Source: an uncultured virus (IMG/VR IMGVR_UViG_3300025066_000004)
Lineage: Duplodnaviria > Heunggongvirae > Uroviricota > Caudoviricetes
Strand: one strand, 5' to 3'
Virus record (IMG/VR): IMGVR_UViG_3300025066_000004
DNA length: 20,000 bases
In this document: positions 18,214-20,000 of the stretch, piece after piece
Numbering within the stretch: position 1 is the first letter of the stretch
Layout of the letters: each line of letters starts with the position of its first letter
Translations under genes and position numbers: made by a program
Notes under the pieces: model-generated
Told to the model about the DNA's origin: nothing
The model's database searches: none
The model's input: the letters and a program-made list of their open reading frames with translations, nothing else

Positions 18214-18340
18214 GAAAGGTGTGACAGATCTTCAATTCCTTTTCAAAGGGACGCTGCATAGACAGTAAGGCCATGACAGGCCAGTCCCCTCTGTGGATCG
18301 TGACAGATCCCATGTCCCGGGCCGAGGGTTAAGTCGGCAC

Positions 18341-18414
18341 AGACCTGAGCACGTCTTTAAACTGCTCAATCTTTATAAAAAGGAGACGTTACCCTCCGAA
18401 GGTAAAAGCGTAAC
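18341..18414 (+). ncRNA. Tandem double H-type pseudoknot module, copy 2
   Basis: [AGAC]C[TGAGCA]C[GTCT]TTAAAC[TGCTCA] then [GGAG]AC[GTTAC]C[CTCC]GAAGGTAAAAGC[GTAAC]. Confidence 0.65.
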
Positions 18415-18433
18415 ACTCAGAGAAAGGAAGACC

Positions 18434-18667
18434 ATGAACGATTACGTTCATCGTTGCTTCTGTGAGTTTTGTGGTAAAAGCGTGCACTACCCTCAAATAG
18501 GGGAAGAGTCCGTGGAGAAGGCCCATTACTTCTGTTATTGGAATCGCGTCGACTGGGACTACCAGAATGACGCGAGGACGGCAGATGATGATGCCATCTT
18601 CGACCACTGCACCGGGGAGAAAACCGTTACTTTAAACGGCAAGATCCCCGGTTCTTGCAGAAAATAG
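18434..18667 (+). CDS. Small Cys/His-containing protein (77 aa)
   Basis: Start moved to ATG 18434 (AAAGGA RBS); CEFC and HYFC motifs. Confidence 0.7.
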   Translation: MNDYVHRCFCEFCGKSVHYPQIGEESVEKAHYFCYWNRVDWDYQNDARTADDDAIFDHCTGEKTVTLNGKIPGSCRK

Positions 18668-18809
18668 TCGGGACAAAATTTTGATCCCGTTGTGCCTCAA
18701 CGAATGGCACGAGGTAAACTACTCGCCAAAAGCAGTAGCGTCACCTCAAATTCTCCTGACCGGAGCCATACTCGCCACAGTAAGAGTTAAGCTGTGATAA
18801 ATCTGTAAG

Positions 18810-18844
18810 GAGCCTGGACCCTTCGGGGTCTGGGCTCTTTTTTT
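18810..18844 (+). terminator. Intrinsic terminator
   Basis: GAGCCTGGACCC-TTCG-GGGTCTGGGCTC followed by T7. Confidence 0.92.
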
Positions 18845-18874
18845 ATGTGAGTTCCCACTCTGGGGAGTGGGAGG

Positions 18875-18893
18875 TAACCCACCCTCCTGGCCC
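18875..18893 (+). repeat. 19-bp direct repeat, copy 1
   Basis: TAACCCACCCTCCTGGCCC, identical to 19349-19367. Confidence 0.9.
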
Positions 18894-18950
18894 CTGCCAA
18901 GCTCCCTACCAAAGATCGACCCACTCGCTATTTTTATTCTTTTTCTTTAT

Positions 18951-18975
18951 ACACATTCCATTTCATTCCATGTGT
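18951..18975 (-). promoter_or_regulatory. GGA-zipper hairpin motif, copy 3 (candidate template-strand promoter)
   Basis: Minus strand ACACAT-GGA-AT-GAA-AT-GGA-ATGTGT, 43 nt before ATG 19019. Confidence 0.55.
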
Positions 18976-19018
18976 CTAATAATGTTGTGATTATTTACAA
19001 CTTTAAGGAGGTTGTATT

Positions 19019-19267
19019 ATGGCTATTGCCAATAAGAAAGAAATCATAGATTCCATCGTAGTTAATGAGACCCCAAAAGGGGTCTTCATGAATTTACGAC
19101 AATCGACCACAAACTCTACTCTTGAAGGAGTAGATTTTGTGACAAATTCGACAGGGTATCGCCTGTCGGATTCCCTTTCAGAAGAGGATTACCCTCTCCT
19201 GAAAGAGAAGATTGCGGAAGCAATCGTCCGTGAGCAGATTGCACTGCTCACAGCGTCATTGGCCTAA
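19019..19267 (+). CDS. Hypothetical protein (82 aa), monocistronic cassette
   Basis: TAAGGAGGT RBS; has its own upstream motif and downstream terminator. Confidence 0.85.
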   Translation: MAIANKKEIIDSIVVNETPKGVFMNLRQSTTNSTLEGVDFVTNSTGYRLSDSLSEEDYPLLKEKIAEAIVREQIALLTASLA

Positions 19268-19276
19268 TCGGCCACC

Positions 19277-19313
19277 AGGTCCTCAGCCCCTCAGGGGGCT
19301 GGGACCTTTTTTT
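19277..19313 (+). terminator. Intrinsic terminator
   Basis: AGGTCC(T)CAGCCCC-TCAG-GGGGCTGGGACCT followed by a T run. Confidence 0.88.
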
Positions 19314-19348
19314 ATGCAATTTACCACTGTTGGTTTTTTTAATACTTT

Positions 19349-19367
19349 TAACCCACCCTCCTGGCCC
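19349..19367 (+). repeat. 19-bp direct repeat, copy 2
   Basis: TAACCCACCCTCCTGGCCC. Confidence 0.9.
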
Positions 19368-19369
19368 GC

Positions 19370-19426
19370 ATCAATAGATCAAAGAATCAAAGAATCAAAG
19401 AATCAAAGAACCACCCAAGTCAAAGA
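19370..19426 (+). repeat. Tandem 8-mer array (ATCAAAGA)x4 with degenerate flanking copies
   Basis: Perfect copies at 19378-19409; ATCAATAG at 19370 and GTCAAAGA at 19419. Confidence 0.9.
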
Positions 19427-19428
19427 AA

Positions 19429-19995
19429 CTAAGGCTCAACCAACATTCCACTACGCTTCAATTCCTTTTCATACTTAGCTATCAACTCTTCATCACTCAT
19501 GCTATCGTTATCAGTGACCTTAACATGGATAGTAGAGTCAGCGTACAATTGCATTAGCTTAGACAGCTCTTTCAATGCATCCATTTTATTATGCATCTTA
19601 ACTCTCACAGATTTGTGTCCACCAGCCGCTCTAGTCATGCTCACTTCGCTAATTGCATCTGCTATCGAAGCATCTATTTCTTCAGACGCTTTCAATGAAA
19701 CAGTGTCACCTTCCCACTTAGTTACATCTTTAATATTTGCCGTTGCAATACGCACTAGTTGAGAAATTACAGTTTCAGGAGTTAGCGATGTCATCACCAT
19801 TACTTCCTTCATCCTAGTCATAATTGCACGAGCAACAGGTTCCTTAGTTAACATCTGATTAACGTAAGTTTTGAACGAACTTTCATTCTCATTTTGATAC
19901 CCAGCAAGTCTAGCCGCTTCTTCAGCTCGTCCCTCAGTTGCTATAAAAAACTCAACAAATAACGACTGCCTAAACGTTAATCCATTTGGTAACAA
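19429..19995 (-). CDS. terS: Terminase small subunit (Terminase_2-like); true start may lie beyond the window
   Basis: LTFRQSLFVEFF..AEEAARLAGY helix-turn-helix, VISQLVRIATANIKD and VRVKMHNKMDALKELSK; the frame is open to the window edge. Confidence 0.9.
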   Translation of the reverse strand: MLPNGLTFRQSLFVEFFIATEGRAEEAARLAGYQNENESSFKTYVNQMLTKEPVARAIMTRMKEVMVMTSLTPETVISQLVRIATANIKDVTKWEGDTVSLKASEEIDASIADAISEVSMTRAAGGHKSVRVKMHNKMDALKELSKLMQLYADSTIHVKVTDNDSMSDEELIAKYEKELKRSGMLVEP

Positions 19996-20000
19996 CGCCC

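Noticed and set aside
18293..18433. 5' extension of the 18434 ORF (and likewise 17839-17916 and 17645-17659) in the ORF track
   Set aside because: Better RBS-ATG pairs lie downstream, and the longer extensions cover structured RNA.
18631..18672. In-frame T TTA AAC slippery heptamer followed by a pseudoknot (-1 frameshift)
   Set aside because: The spacer is only 1 nt (5-9 expected) and the -1 frame ends only about 6 codons past the normal stop.
17820..18810. Known self-cleaving ribozyme (hammerhead, twister, pistol, HDV/theta)
   Set aside because: I could not find the catalytic-core consensus of any by eye. PK-A resembles only the P1/pseudoknot part of pistol. cmscan is needed to be sure.
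19370..19426. CRISPR array
   Set aside because: Contiguous 8-mers without spacers; no cas genes.
19443..19465. Fourth GGA/GAA zipper-like motif (minus strand GAA-GC-GTA-GT-GGA)
   Set aside because: The flanking stem is poor and it lies within the terS coding sequence.

Overview
This is a 20-kb segment of a tailed dsDNA phage, most likely a podovirus with an N4-gp56-type capsid protein. The minus strand carries the packaging and virion genes: terS, then after an interruption terL, portal, a small virion protein, a 1365-aa fibre, adaptor, scaffold, major capsid, a decoration-like protein, a hypothetical protein and the start of a tail nozzle gene. terS and terL are separated by about 4.3 kb, mostly plus-strand: an AAA_25/RepA-type helicase and five small ORFs, three of them Cys-rich. 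The non-coding DNA in this island is the most interesting part. (i) About 1 kb holds up to nine compact H-type pseudoknots, including a covarying double-pseudoknot module repeated before two genes and a pseudoknot over each of three stop codons. (ii) Three GGA-zipper/GAA-loop hairpins fold only on the template strand, resembling N4 virion-RNAP promoters. (iii) A P4 CI/P1 C4-like antisense leader precedes the helicase. (iv) There is a T-shaped palindrome, a 19-bp cassette-flanking repeat and an 8-mer tandem array. TerL also appears to carry a second, degenerate nuclease domain. All structures were paired by eye and all protein calls rest on remembered motifs and synteny; no folding or database search was run.
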